Source: a virus. From it: 64,000 nucleotides of DNA. Shown piece after piece: positions 9,179 to 18,179 of this stretch (its first letter is position 1; each line of letters starts with the position of its first letter). The notes under the pieces were generated by a model. It was given only the letters and a program-made list of their open reading frames with translations. It was not told the origin of the DNA and ran no database searches. Both the position numbers and the translations under genes were made by a program. The stretch is taken from positions 687 to 64,686 of the IMG/VR virus record IMGVR_UViG_3300022917_000010; one strand, 5' to 3'.

Positions 9179-9787
9179 TCATTCGGCCGCGCCCGGGTCA
9201 TGGTCGATATACTGAGGCGGCCGCCCAGCCTCGTCGAGTTCCTTGAACAGCATCGCGACCGCATTCAGCGGGTTCCGATCATCCTGCGGATTCGTGATCA
9301 GTGCGGCGAGCCTGGGGTGAACATACGGCGCCACCTTGTACGCGACGTCGACCGCCTGCGTCAGATATTCCCGCATCCGCATATCGGCCGTGGCGACCGC
9401 AGCCTCGTAAACCGTCTTTTCCTCGACCGTCTTGGCCATGGCCGACTGCAGCAGGTTGGCGCGCTGCACCTCCGCCCACTCGATCGCGTTTTCCTCGAAA
9501 AACCGCATGGCGTCCAACATGACCTCTTTCGGCAGGCGCAGCCGTTTGCCCACTGCCATGAAATACGCCTCGATCTCCTGTTCCTTGCGCGCGACCGGGA
9601 TATGGCGGTTCAGGATCTCGTTGACCCGCTGTTTCATCTTCTCCTCAGTCTTGGGCTTGTTCTTTGAGCCCACCTGGCGACCGCCGCCGGTGCCGAACCC
9701 GCGCTTAGTCGCACCCTCGATCTTGGGCTTGCGCACAATGCGAGGCTTGGCGCCGCCGCGGCGTTCTCCCTTTTTCGATCCACCCAC
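9179..9787 (-). CDS. terS: Probable terminase small subunit
   Basis: GGRQVGSKNK basic motif and VAPYVHPRLAA motif typical of alphaproteobacterial phage small terminases. Confidence 0.65.
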   Translation of the reverse strand: MGGSKKGERRGGAKPRIVRKPKIEGATKRGFGTGGGRQVGSKNKPKTEEKMKQRVNEILNRHIPVARKEQEIEAYFMAVGKRLRLPKEVMLDAMRFFEENAIEWAEVQRANLLQSAMAKTVEEKTVYEAAVATADMRMREYLTQAVDVAYKVAPYVHPRLAALITNPQDDRNPLNAVAMLFKELDEAGRPPQYIDHDPGAAE

Positions 9788-9998
9788 TATTCAGGCTTCC
9801 TATTTTCTCGAACCGCATCATCGAAAACGGGGCAGAAGCGGTACGGCGGCCCGCTAGGACATACCGCGACAGCCGTGGGGAGCCTGCAAGTCGCCGACGG
9901 CACCATCTCGCGCAGCCTTGAGCACTCGGCAGCATCCATGGGGCCCAGCCATGAAACAGACTCAGCAAACACGAGATAGAATATCGTGCTCGGAACGC

Positions 9999-10196
9999 TC
10001 ATCGCTTGCGAGCCTCCAGCATGGCGTCGGCGTCGATATATGCAAGCATGGCCCGGTCCGCCGGCGTCGCCTGACCCGGGTCATAGGCGTCGCGCGATGC
10101 CATCCCCGCAAGCACCTGCGCTGCGAAGTAGTCGCGCAGCGTCATGCCGTCGTGAGCTTCGCATGGGAATGCATGGCCGCCGTCTTTCTCGCTCAT
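9999..10196 (-). CDS. Conserved small phage protein
   Basis: GHAFP...GMTLRDYFAAQVLAG...AYIDADAMLEAR family. Confidence 0.75.
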   Translation of the reverse strand: MSEKDGGHAFPCEAHDGMTLRDYFAAQVLAGMASRDAYDPGQATPADRAMLAYIDADAMLEARKR

Positions 10197-10419
10197 CACA
10201 ACACCTCGAATATGAGTTCCGCGACCTCGCGGTAATAAACAATCATCATGAAGCACAGGGCCATCCAGGCCGCGAACGCCACGCAGGCGAAGGTCTTAAC
10301 CATCTCGAGTCCTTCCATAGTCGGAGCCTCGAATTTATCCCCTCGCCAATCAATCAGGTATCCGTATGAACCCCGTGATGCACACATCGCAAACGCCCGC
10401 AAACGCTAGATGTTACTGT

Positions 10420-11148
10420 TTATTTATCTTCCGCCGGTTTCCGCGCCATCAGCCCGCCCAGCGCGTCATCTGCGCCCACCGTCAGCGATTTGACCACCCG
10501 CGCCGCGGCGTCGCCGATCGGCTCGAACGTCTCAGGCTCATCCTCATGAGCGCGCGACACGCCCTCGTCATATCCGCGCATGAGTGCATTGGCGAACCAA
10601 GATATCATCCAGCCCTCGTCGATCGGCTTTCCCTCCGCATCCTTATAGCCGAGGTTGGTCGCGATCTTGCAGAACGCCTTGGCCCAGTCTTGGGCGTCGA
10701 ATGACGGTAGCGGCCAGTCGGAGCGGTCCTCCGGCTTGGTGTTGATATTCTCGATCTCGTACTGCATCCGATCGCCGCACATCGGGCCCGGGTAAAGGGC
10801 AGCCGGGTCAACGCGCGTCATTTGTATCACGCCCTGGCCATGCAGCATGGCATCAGTCAGCGCGCCCACGATGAATTCGGGCGTATCCACCGCCTCATAG
10901 GTCCGCTCGAATATATCGGGCTTGCAGGGATATATTTCGCCGGCAACGCCTCGGATGATCCAATCGCCAGGATCGCCGCGCATCGTGCCCTCCCGCGTGT
11001 ATACGTCCGCAGAAGCGTCGCCGTGGATTTCGAGCGCCCCGCCGCGCTTCATGGCATCGACCGCCCACCCCGGCCAATCCATCTTCCCGTCGACATAAAC
11101 GAGCTGGAACGCGTCAATCACGACCGGCTTTTTACGATACTGCGCCAT
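10420..11148 (-). CDS. Conserved phage protein (YRKKPVV...PGDWIIRG family) with extra C-terminal domain
   Basis: Start MAQYRKKPVVIDAF at 11148; GDPGDWIIRGVAGEIYPCKPDIFERTYE motif. Confidence 0.75.
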   Translation of the reverse strand: MAQYRKKPVVIDAFQLVYVDGKMDWPGWAVDAMKRGGALEIHGDASADVYTREGTMRGDPGDWIIRGVAGEIYPCKPDIFERTYEAVDTPEFIVGALTDAMLHGQGVIQMTRVDPAALYPGPMCGDRMQYEIENINTKPEDRSDWPLPSFDAQDWAKAFCKIATNLGYKDAEGKPIDEGWMISWFANALMRGYDEGVSRAHEDEPETFEPIGDAAARVVKSLTVGADDALGGLMARKPAEDK

Positions 11149-11938
11149 TCTGCTTCTCCCGCTGTTTCCGAGCCCGAGCCACCGCGTTCTCGACCGACTT
11201 GGATTGATAGATCGTCTCCCGGCCCTCGTCCTGCGCCATCTGCATTCCGACCAGCCGCCAGCTCCCATAGAATTTATACAGCGCCTCCGCCCGGTCTGTG
11301 TCTATCGAGCGGTACGGCATCACTTGCCCGCCCGCTCGAACCGGCACTTATCCGCGTAGGTCGCGATATAGTCCGCGTACCGGGCAAAACCCTCAAGCAC
11401 CAGGCTGTTGACCACGCCCATATCCATGCCCTTCGGCGCCGGGTATTCGTGCCCCATGACCCGCTGATAGAACGGCTTGAACTGCATTCGCGGTTCCGAG
11501 CAGTTCAATTGGATAAACAGGGCCCAAGCTTCCATCACTTCCTCTGAGTCTCGACACAGGAAAACGTCACCTGCCCAGAAAGATCGTTCCTGGCCTTCCT
11601 GCCGGCATCACGGCACTGCGTATCGCTATCAAAGCCGCTAACCTGGCTCAAAGACACCGCGCCCGGATATCCAGTGCCCACTGCCAATAAGACCAATACC
11701 CACATGGAATACCTCCTCAATACCTCTTCACAAGGCACGGCGGGATCGTCAGCGCGTAGACCCCGAACTGGTTGAGGCCCACCTGATACTCGACCAGGAA
11801 CCCATCGCGGCGCGCGGCCTCGCAGGCAACGACCACAGGCCCGAGCACATCGGCCAGCGCCTGCTTGTGGCGCGCAGCCTTGTCTGCGTCCGTTTCCAAC
11901 CGCAGCACGTTATCTCCGAGTTCCTGACCTATTTGCAT
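11132..11938 (-). CDS. Run of four small coupled hypothetical ORFs (11132-11320, 11320-11538, 11535-11705, 11717-11938)
   Basis: Head-to-tail overlaps on the minus strand; 11535-11705 has a hydrophobic N-terminus and 2 Cys. Confidence 0.5.
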
Positions 11939-12255
11939 GCTTGTTCCTCCATGCGTCGCTTGGCTGCGCGGTAGGGCGCGTTATAGGCGACCCGCCGCGC
12001 GTGGATGGCTGGGTTGACGTGATACTGCACCGTCCAGGCCGAGCGGTGTATTGCCTTGCCCGTAAGCACGGAACCGATGCCGTTGGCATTGGCGAAGCGG
12101 CAGAAGTCCCTGCGAGCTATGACCAATTGTGCGTTGCGGGATTTGCTCTGGATATCGGCCACCGTTATCCCTCGCTCCTGACAGAACGCTTCCAGAAGTT
12201 CCCTGCACCTCACCGATTTGAGGAATACGACCTGGCCCGGTTCTTTAGGCATCAT
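11929..12255 (-). CDS. DnaA C-terminal-domain-like HTH protein
   Basis: GITVADIQSKSRNAQLVIARR...TGKAIHRSAWTVQY resembles DnaA domain IV. Confidence 0.6.
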   Translation of the reverse strand: MMPKEPGQVVFLKSVRCRELLEAFCQERGITVADIQSKSRNAQLVIARRDFCRFANANGIGSVLTGKAIHRSAWTVQYHVNPAIHARRVAYNAPYRAAKRRMEEQACK

Positions 12256-12360
12256 CGGAGGGGTTTCCCGGTGCCCGAGGATAGGACAGGCCGATTTACT
12301 AGGGTCGGAGCGGGAGAACTATATTTTGGCACTATTTTATCCCTCTGCGCTGGCGGGCGA

Positions 12361-12747
12361 TTACGCCGCCCGGAATAGATTGATTCCGTGGATGACCGGC
12401 GTCAGATCCCGAGCGGCCCTGACAAACTCCTGCGCTTTCTCAAACGGAGCGCGGTCCTCTACGGGGCCGTCCATAGCTTCCAGCGCCCACCCGCAGAATA
12501 GACGGTTGATATCAGGGTAATTGAACCCACGTTCGCCTCTCAGCTTTTTGAGTTCCTTGTAATACCAATCGAACGTCTCCGCCGTGGCCTTATTGCGCAG
12601 GGTGAGAGGGCGCAGGCGATCAAGCAGGCGACCGCTAATCGATACCGCGCCGTCGGACACCTCCACGAACGGATCAACCTGTTTGATCTGGAAGATGCCC
12701 ATATCCATCACGGCCCAATCGCCAGCCTTCCAATCATATTTAGTCAT
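12361..12747 (-). CDS. Hypothetical protein
   Basis: 128 aa, coupled to the upstream HTH gene. Confidence 0.6.
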   Translation of the reverse strand: MTKYDWKAGDWAVMDMGIFQIKQVDPFVEVSDGAVSISGRLLDRLRPLTLRNKATAETFDWYYKELKKLRGERGFNYPDINRLFCGWALEAMDGPVEDRAPFEKAQEFVRAARDLTPVIHGINLFRAA

Positions 12748-13021
12748 TGCTCATCTCCCATTTCTCAGGAATCCGCAGCGGCCCGCGCGTGCCGGCGTCG
12801 AGATCGGGCAGATGGCCGTGGTCCTCTTTGAACCAGACCAGCAACTGCACCAGGCGGGCGATATTCTCCGGGATGGCCCGTTCGCCAGTTTCCATGCGTT
12901 TCACAGATACCCAAATATGGTTTGGATTGCCGCTGTACCCGATTAGGCGGCCAAAATCTCGGCGACCAAGCCCAAATTCATGACGCGCGGCGTTGAGTTT
13001 TTTAGCGTCCATCCCGCTCAT
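12740..13021 (-). CDS. Small XRE-like HTH regulator (Aca-like)
   Basis: LNAARHEFGLGRRDFGRLIGY...KRMETGERAIPENIARLV. Confidence 0.7.
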   Translation of the reverse strand: MSGMDAKKLNAARHEFGLGRRDFGRLIGYSGNPNHIWVSVKRMETGERAIPENIARLVQLLVWFKEDHGHLPDLDAGTRGPLRIPEKWEMSND

Positions 13022-13536
13022 GTGTGGCTAAACTCCCCGAACGCGGCTGCGTGCGCCTCTGCGTGCGCCGTTTTGGCTTCAGCCAACGTCTCGAATGTTC
13101 CGATGCTTATCAGCCGATAATTTACCCGAATGGCTACGCGGTACTTCCCGTTTGAGCATTTGGAGACACCCTTGGCACCGTTCTTATTTCGCGCGTGCAT
13201 GCACTGGTTGGCCGAATTCTGAGCCTGGGTAGCCTCGCGTAAGTTCTCCCATCTATTGTCGGACTTGTTCCTATTCCTATGATCTACCGTCTCTTTCGGC
13301 CACTCACCCGTCATATACAAAACAGCAAGCCGGTGGGCTTTGTAGAGCCTATCGTCGATTTTGATGACGATATAACCCTTGTCGTTCAGTGAACCTGCAG
13401 GATTCCCAACATTATCACTACGCGCCTTAGCCCATGTAAAAATGCCGGTCGTTGGGTCATATGAAAGGCGAAGCCGCAAGTAATCCGCGGTTAGGTCAAG
13501 CCTGAATCTAGCCCGCCCTTTCCCGATGGCGCTCAT
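13018..13536 (-). CDS. HNH homing endonuclease with AP2-like domain
   Basis: YDPTTGIFTW, YKAHRLAV, VDHRNRNKSDNRWENLREAT, C-terminal GVS...YRVAI...GTFETLAEA. Confidence 0.9.
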   Translation of the reverse strand: MSAIGKGRARFRLDLTADYLRLRLSYDPTTGIFTWAKARSDNVGNPAGSLNDKGYIVIKIDDRLYKAHRLAVLYMTGEWPKETVDHRNRNKSDNRWENLREATQAQNSANQCMHARNKNGAKGVSKCSNGKYRVAIRVNYRLISIGTFETLAEAKTAHAEAHAAAFGEFSHT

Positions 13537-14127
13537 TGAGGCTGACTCCCTCTCAATTGCCCGATCAGCCGCCACGGCAGATGCACCGCCGCCTTTTCCT
13601 TACTCCCGGCGATCAGCAGGATATCGTTCTGCACCTGCCTCGCGGAGCGGATGGCGTTCAGCACCGTGGCGCCAAGCTTGCGCGAGTGGCTGTATTCGCG
13701 GTCGCCGGCGCGGACTGCGATCCAGACGTGGACATGGACGGGATATTCCTTCACTCGTCCTCTCCCGCGTTCCACTTCAAATTGGCGATCGCCTCAGCGG
13801 GCGTCGACCCCGTGCCCTGCGGATCGCCCAGATCCCAATCGCCGTAGGTCGCCACATAGCGATCGAAGGCGGGCGCGTGCATGTCCTCGCGGACTTGGAT
13901 GGGATCGCGGTTCACAGCGTCACCCAACCGGCCGGACGCTGCGGGCACCACGTCTGCCGCTTGTACCAAGGATCAATAACCTGGAACCCGGTGGAGACCG
14001 GCGCCGCGCGCAGGCTCGCGTACACAGCCTTGAGACCTTCCGCCATCGCCTCGCGGTACGACTCGCAATACTTGCGCTCGCGCCGGGCAACTTCATGGGC
14101 GGCTTTGAGGATTTCGGAGCGGGTCAT
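13533..14127 (-). CDS. Three small coupled ORFs (13533-13754, 13751-13915, 13912-14127)
   Basis: Starts VKEYP, VNRDP and MTRSEIL with 4-nt overlaps, directly behind a strong promoter. Confidence 0.55.
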
Positions 14128-14159
14128 CTGGCATCTCCCGAAGGTTGAGGCTGCGCCTC

Positions 14160-14202
14160 GTTTGCGACAGGCATAGAATAGTGCTATCGCAAACAATGTC
14201 AA
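14160..14202 (-). promoter_or_regulatory. sigma70 promoter with overlapping 8-bp inverted repeat (operator)
   Basis: Minus strand TTGACA-16-TATTCT; GTTTGCGA (14160-14167)...TCGCAAAC (14187-14194). Confidence 0.7.
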
Positions 14203-14219
14203 TTTAATTTTAGCGTTTC

Positions 14220-14747
14220 TTACAAATATTGATCCGGCATCAAGCAATCCATCCGCCCCGGTGGCGGCCCCCACTCGGGATTCCACTGCGCGCCCGCCTT
14301 GATCCGCTTGGCGATGGCCTGCCACGTCGCCGCCGTGAACGTCTGCGGCCCTGATACCGGCACCGCGGCGCTTATCGCGTCCGGCTCGATTGGCTGGCGC
14401 CCGGCCCGTTCCAGCATCCGCCGGCACCATGTCTGCCACGTCAAATCCCATTTCAGCTTGAGGCCCTTGGCGCCAGCGCAATTCAGCCAGTAATTCTTGA
14501 AGCTCGTCGCCTCCCGCTGCACCTCGCGCGGCTGTAGGCCGATTCGCAGCGCCCACTGCTTCCATTCCTCCGGCAGCACCCAATCGTCCGGTAACCGCGT
14601 CGCGCGCTCCTGGCGATCGGCCGCACACCCCTTCTTTTTCGGCTTCGCCTCCCTCGCCTCCTCAAATATCTCGAGCACCTTGTCGAACGTGTCCTGATCC
14701 AGATTGAGCGCGCGCAGCTTCCGAATCGTCGTGCTCGTGAACGTCAT
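14220..14747 (-). CDS. Phage replication initiator/organiser-like protein
   Basis: RATRLPDDW...EATSFKNYW...KLKWDLTWQTW motif seen in phage replication proteins; coupled to the helicase. Confidence 0.6.
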   Translation of the reverse strand: MTFTSTTIRKLRALNLDQDTFDKVLEIFEEAREAKPKKKGCAADRQERATRLPDDWVLPEEWKQWALRIGLQPREVQREATSFKNYWLNCAGAKGLKLKWDLTWQTWCRRMLERAGRQPIEPDAISAAVPVSGPQTFTAATWQAIAKRIKAGAQWNPEWGPPPGRMDCLMPDQYL

Positions 14748-16162
14748 GCAAAATCTCCAATCTTTTCGCCGGGGGTCAGCAGGGAATCGTCCATCTCCGA
14801 AATTTCATCGCGCACAGCGTTGCACGCCACATCGCAGTGCAGCCGGACCGTGCCGACCGGGCCGGACCGCTGTTTCTCGATCGCCACATCCAGCCGATGC
14901 TCGAACTTCGCCATCTCATCGGCCCAGATGATGAATTCCGCGCTCGCTGGGTGCGGCTCCTTTTTGGCGTGGTAATAGGCCGGGCGATACAGGATCATCA
15001 CCGTATCCGCATCCTGCTCGATATCGCCCGAGTTGCGCAGGTCCGACAGCGACGGCCGCTTGTCCTCCCGCTGCTCAACCCCGCGGTTGATCTGGCAGAG
15101 CAGGAACACCGGTATCCCGAGTTCCTTGGCCAGCGTCTTGAGGCCCATCGTGATTTCGCCGGTCTCGTTGACCTTGTTGCCGGCATACCGCCCCGAGGCT
15201 TTGATCAGCCCCAGATGGTCGACGAACAGCGCCTTGAGACCGTGCTTGCGCTTCCACTGCCGCGCGCGGGCGCCGATCTGCGCCACCGTCAGCCCGGGCT
15301 GCTGCTCAATCCTGATCGGCAACTCGGCGAGCTCGCGGCCGGCGCGCGTGATATCGTGGAACTTTTCCTCGCGGTATTTGCCCGAGGCGATCTGCCAATA
15401 CGTCAGCCGGTGGCTTGGCGACCATAGCTTATCCGAGATCATGCGAGTGGTCAGATCGACATCACCCATCTCGCCCGACCAGAACAGCACCGGATTGCCA
15501 TCCTCCGCCATGTTCCGCGCGATCCCAAGCGCCATAGCCGATTTGCCCATGCCTGGCCGACCAGCGATCACGATCAACTGCCCCGGCATGGCGCCGAGCG
15601 TTTTCTGATCCAGCCCAGCGAGCCCATAGGCCACACCGCGCACCTTGCCGTCGCGCTGGAACGCATGCGCGGCCGCGTCGATCGCGCGCGCCACGGCCTG
15701 CCGCATGTCGACCGCCGGCGCATCATTCATGGACTGCGCGGCCACGATACCGTCCAGATAATCCACAGCCCAAGCCGATAGCGTCAGGTTATCCCGTTCC
15801 TGCGACTGCTGCAGTTCCATCCCGACCTCGATTATCAGCCGACGGTCAGCCATATCTCGGACGATTCGCGCGAAGTCCGGCGCGTTAACCACGGTCGACG
15901 CACTCGACGCAAGCGCAGCCAAATACTCCGCCAGCGACATATCCCCGATCGTGGCATCCGGAAGGAATATCTTGATCGTGACCGGATTGCAGAGCTTCCC
16001 GGCGCTGATCAGCTGCGAGCACACCTTCCAGATATCTCTGTGGACTGGCTCATAGAAATGGTCCGCCGAAACAATCTCGTCGACGACCGCAAAGGCCGCG
16101 TTGTTCATCAAAACCGCGCCGAGCAGCGACTGCTCGCTTTCGATGGAGTGATATTCGCTCAT
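14744..16162 (-). CDS. dnaB: DnaB-like replicative helicase
   Basis: IESEQSLLGAVL, Walker A IAGRPGMGKS, FVDHLGL, LLCQINRGVEQREDKRPSLSDLRNSGDIEQDAD, KQRSGPVG. Confidence 0.97.
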   Translation of the reverse strand: MSEYHSIESEQSLLGAVLMNNAAFAVVDEIVSADHFYEPVHRDIWKVCSQLISAGKLCNPVTIKIFLPDATIGDMSLAEYLAALASSASTVVNAPDFARIVRDMADRRLIIEVGMELQQSQERDNLTLSAWAVDYLDGIVAAQSMNDAPAVDMRQAVARAIDAAAHAFQRDGKVRGVAYGLAGLDQKTLGAMPGQLIVIAGRPGMGKSAMALGIARNMAEDGNPVLFWSGEMGDVDLTTRMISDKLWSPSHRLTYWQIASGKYREEKFHDITRAGRELAELPIRIEQQPGLTVAQIGARARQWKRKHGLKALFVDHLGLIKASGRYAGNKVNETGEITMGLKTLAKELGIPVFLLCQINRGVEQREDKRPSLSDLRNSGDIEQDADTVMILYRPAYYHAKKEPHPASAEFIIWADEMAKFEHRLDVAIEKQRSGPVGTVRLHCDVACNAVRDEISEMDDSLLTPGEKIGDFA

Positions 16163-16479
16163 TGCTTCTCATCCATCCGATTCAGCGCTGTCATCACCAC
16201 ATCATCGAATATGCGCGGTTTGAACTTGGTTTTAGATTTATATTTTTGCTTCTTTCGAGGGCCGCGCGGCTTATCGTTCAGCGAATTCATCCCCTTACTC
16301 CGCAGCCAGCGATCCTCCGCCGCTTTCGCTCGTTTTGCCAAACTATCCAACGACTTCGAAACCACCTCGCCATTTCCGAGAATAGTTCCCGCATCGTATT
16401 TCATTTCGGTTTCGCGCGGCGTTCTTACTCGGTCCCAGTTCATCCGCTTACCCATCGTCTCCTCCATCTCCGGGCACAA
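16159..16479 (-). CDS. Hypothetical basic protein
   Basis: About 100 aa Lys-rich ORF coupled to dnaB; start uncertain. Confidence 0.5.
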   Translation of the reverse strand: MCPEMEETMGKRMNWDRVRTPRETEMKYDAGTILGNGEVVSKSLDSLAKRAKAAEDRWLRSKGMNSLNDKPRGPRKKQKYKSKTKFKPRIFDDVVMTALNRMDEKQ

Positions 16480-16894
16480 CTATCCCTTTTGCTTCCAATG
16501 ATACCTACCAAGGGCATCACGAAAGCCCGACCAGCTTCATTGGTCAGCGAGCGGCAAAATGGGACAAAACCGGGCAGGATACTGCCATGACCCTCTCGCA
16601 AGGGTATTCCCGCATCGCTAGACTGCGGCCGTCTCGAGTTCGGGAGGCTTCTATGGGCGGGAACAACCGAGCAGACCCCAACAGCTCAACCGAATATTCG
16701 GCCGATCAAAACGGGGTTACGATGGTCGGAAGGGTTGACGACGAACTATAGAATTCGTATTTGTCAATCGCGCCGACCGATCCGCTGCCAAGCTTTAATC
16801 GGTCTTTCAGGCCCCGCATGGTTCACCACCAGCGGGGCCGTCGCATTTGTAGGGCTGAGTCGCCCGCAGAGTCAATCACACAAGCCCTAGAGAA

Positions 16895-17482
16895 TTAGCC
16901 CTTATCCCACGATATGCGGTGCAACTGGGTCGGGCCAACGTGGTTTTTGTCCCAAGCGAACCATGCGAAGGCCATTCCGCTATTCGAATGATTCCCGGTC
17001 CAGCCCGCGCGGTGCATCTGCGGGAGACGCTTGCGGAAAACATGAACGCGCGCCAGCCAGCCCGCATCAAGGATAGGCGACCGCCGCTCGCTCTCGAGGA
17101 ATGCCAAGCGCAGCAGCATCACGACGCGAGGACATAGGTCCAGCGCCTTCTCGACGAACGCGCCAGCGTTCTTAAACGGCGGATTGGTGACGATCGCCTG
17201 CACCCCAATCGGCAACTGTGTTTCCATCATGAAATCCCAGCCGTGCGCATCTTGATCCGGCGAATCGTAGTCGACGAGATCGGTCGCATAAACCTGCCGG
17301 CCGGTGGCGCGCAGCATCCTCACAATGAGGCCAGGCCCGCAGGCTGGCTCCCAAATAACATCCGGCAATTGCTCGACGCGGAGCAGCGCGTTCACCGCGA
17401 CATCGGGAGTTTCATACAAATCATTCCCGCGCTCCTTTACCGGATGCGCGGCATTCCCCATTCCTGAAACAAGACCAGCCAT
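16895..17482 (-). CDS. Phage DNA amino (N6-adenine-type) methyltransferase
   Basis: DLYETP, SAM motif WEPACGPG, catalytic VTNPPF. Confidence 0.85.
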   Translation of the reverse strand: MAGLVSGMGNAAHPVKERGNDLYETPDVAVNALLRVEQLPDVIWEPACGPGLIVRMLRATGRQVYATDLVDYDSPDQDAHGWDFMMETQLPIGVQAIVTNPPFKNAGAFVEKALDLCPRVVMLLRLAFLESERRSPILDAGWLARVHVFRKRLPQMHRAGWTGNHSNSGMAFAWFAWDKNHVGPTQLHRISWDKG

Positions 17483-17959
17483 TTACAGCAACTCCGGTTC
17501 GGTATCCGGCACGTCATCCCAAAGCCAGACCGACACCCGCAGCCGCGGGAAGTCCGAATAGAGCTTGAGACACTGCCACATGATGATTTGTGAGTCGTCG
17601 ACCCAGATAATTTTGTTCAGCGCGTCCCCGACGCATTTCTGGATATTGTCGCCGTCGGGCTTGCCGACCGGGAATATCGAGCCGACCGAGGCTGCGGCTC
17701 GCTTCTTATTCGACCAAGAGGCCGGGATCGGCATAAACGCCTCGACGAAGCACGTCAGGGCCCCGTCCAGCGGTGCCCGACCAGCCCAGCAAGCATTCCC
17801 CTCCTTCGCCAGCGCGGCCTCATAGGCAGCCGTCTCAGCGTCCGTATAGACCGACGCAAACGGCGCGCCGCCACCCTTGGGCCGGATCACACGGAACCGC
17901 GGGCGGCCCTTCCCTCGAGGATCGCCGGGCAGGAGTATCGAAACGAGGGGACCGGCCAT
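17483..17959 (-). CDS. rusA: RusA-like Holliday junction resolvase
   Basis: PGDPRGKGRPRF, KPDGDNIQKCVGDALNKIIWVDDSQI. Confidence 0.9.
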   Translation of the reverse strand: MAGPLVSILLPGDPRGKGRPRFRVIRPKGGGAPFASVYTDAETAAYEAALAKEGNACWAGRAPLDGALTCFVEAFMPIPASWSNKKRAAASVGSIFPVGKPDGDNIQKCVGDALNKIIWVDDSQIIMWQCLKLYSDFPRLRVSVWLWDDVPDTEPELL

Positions 17960-18047
17960 GTTGATTTTCTCGACCACAAATGAGGGAGCAAAAATAAACA
18001 TCGGGAACAAAAACACCAAAACCGACGCTTTTTATTCAAATCCTATT

Positions 18048-18173
18048 CCGAATCGAACGGCCCCGGGTTTCCCCGAGGCCGCATGAGTTGGAAGGGGACG
18101 GGATTCGAACCCGCCATAACCACCCCGGAATCGAACCGGGAACCGGAGCGACCGGCCGCGCCAGCGCCCTCCC
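18048..18173 (-). ncRNA. tRNA-like non-canonical RNA with multiple T-loop hairpins
   Basis: GGGAGGG/CCCTTCC-A acceptor-like stem, GGCGGG-TTCGAAT-CCCGTC, CCCGG-TTCGATT-CCGGG and downstream CCG-TTCGATT-CGG. Confidence 0.55.
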
Positions 18174-18179
18174 GTAGCT

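Noticed and set aside
11149-11268. N-terminal extension of the 282-aa ORF at 10420-11268
   Set aside because: It overlaps the upstream gene in another frame; the conserved family start is MAQYRKKPVV at 11148.
18089-18173. Canonical tRNA-Ser(CGA)
   Set aside because: The would-be anticodon loop TTCGATT has a pyrimidine at position 37 and matches a T-loop, the T-stem is 6 bp and the D-arm spacing is irregular. Kept only as tRNA-like.
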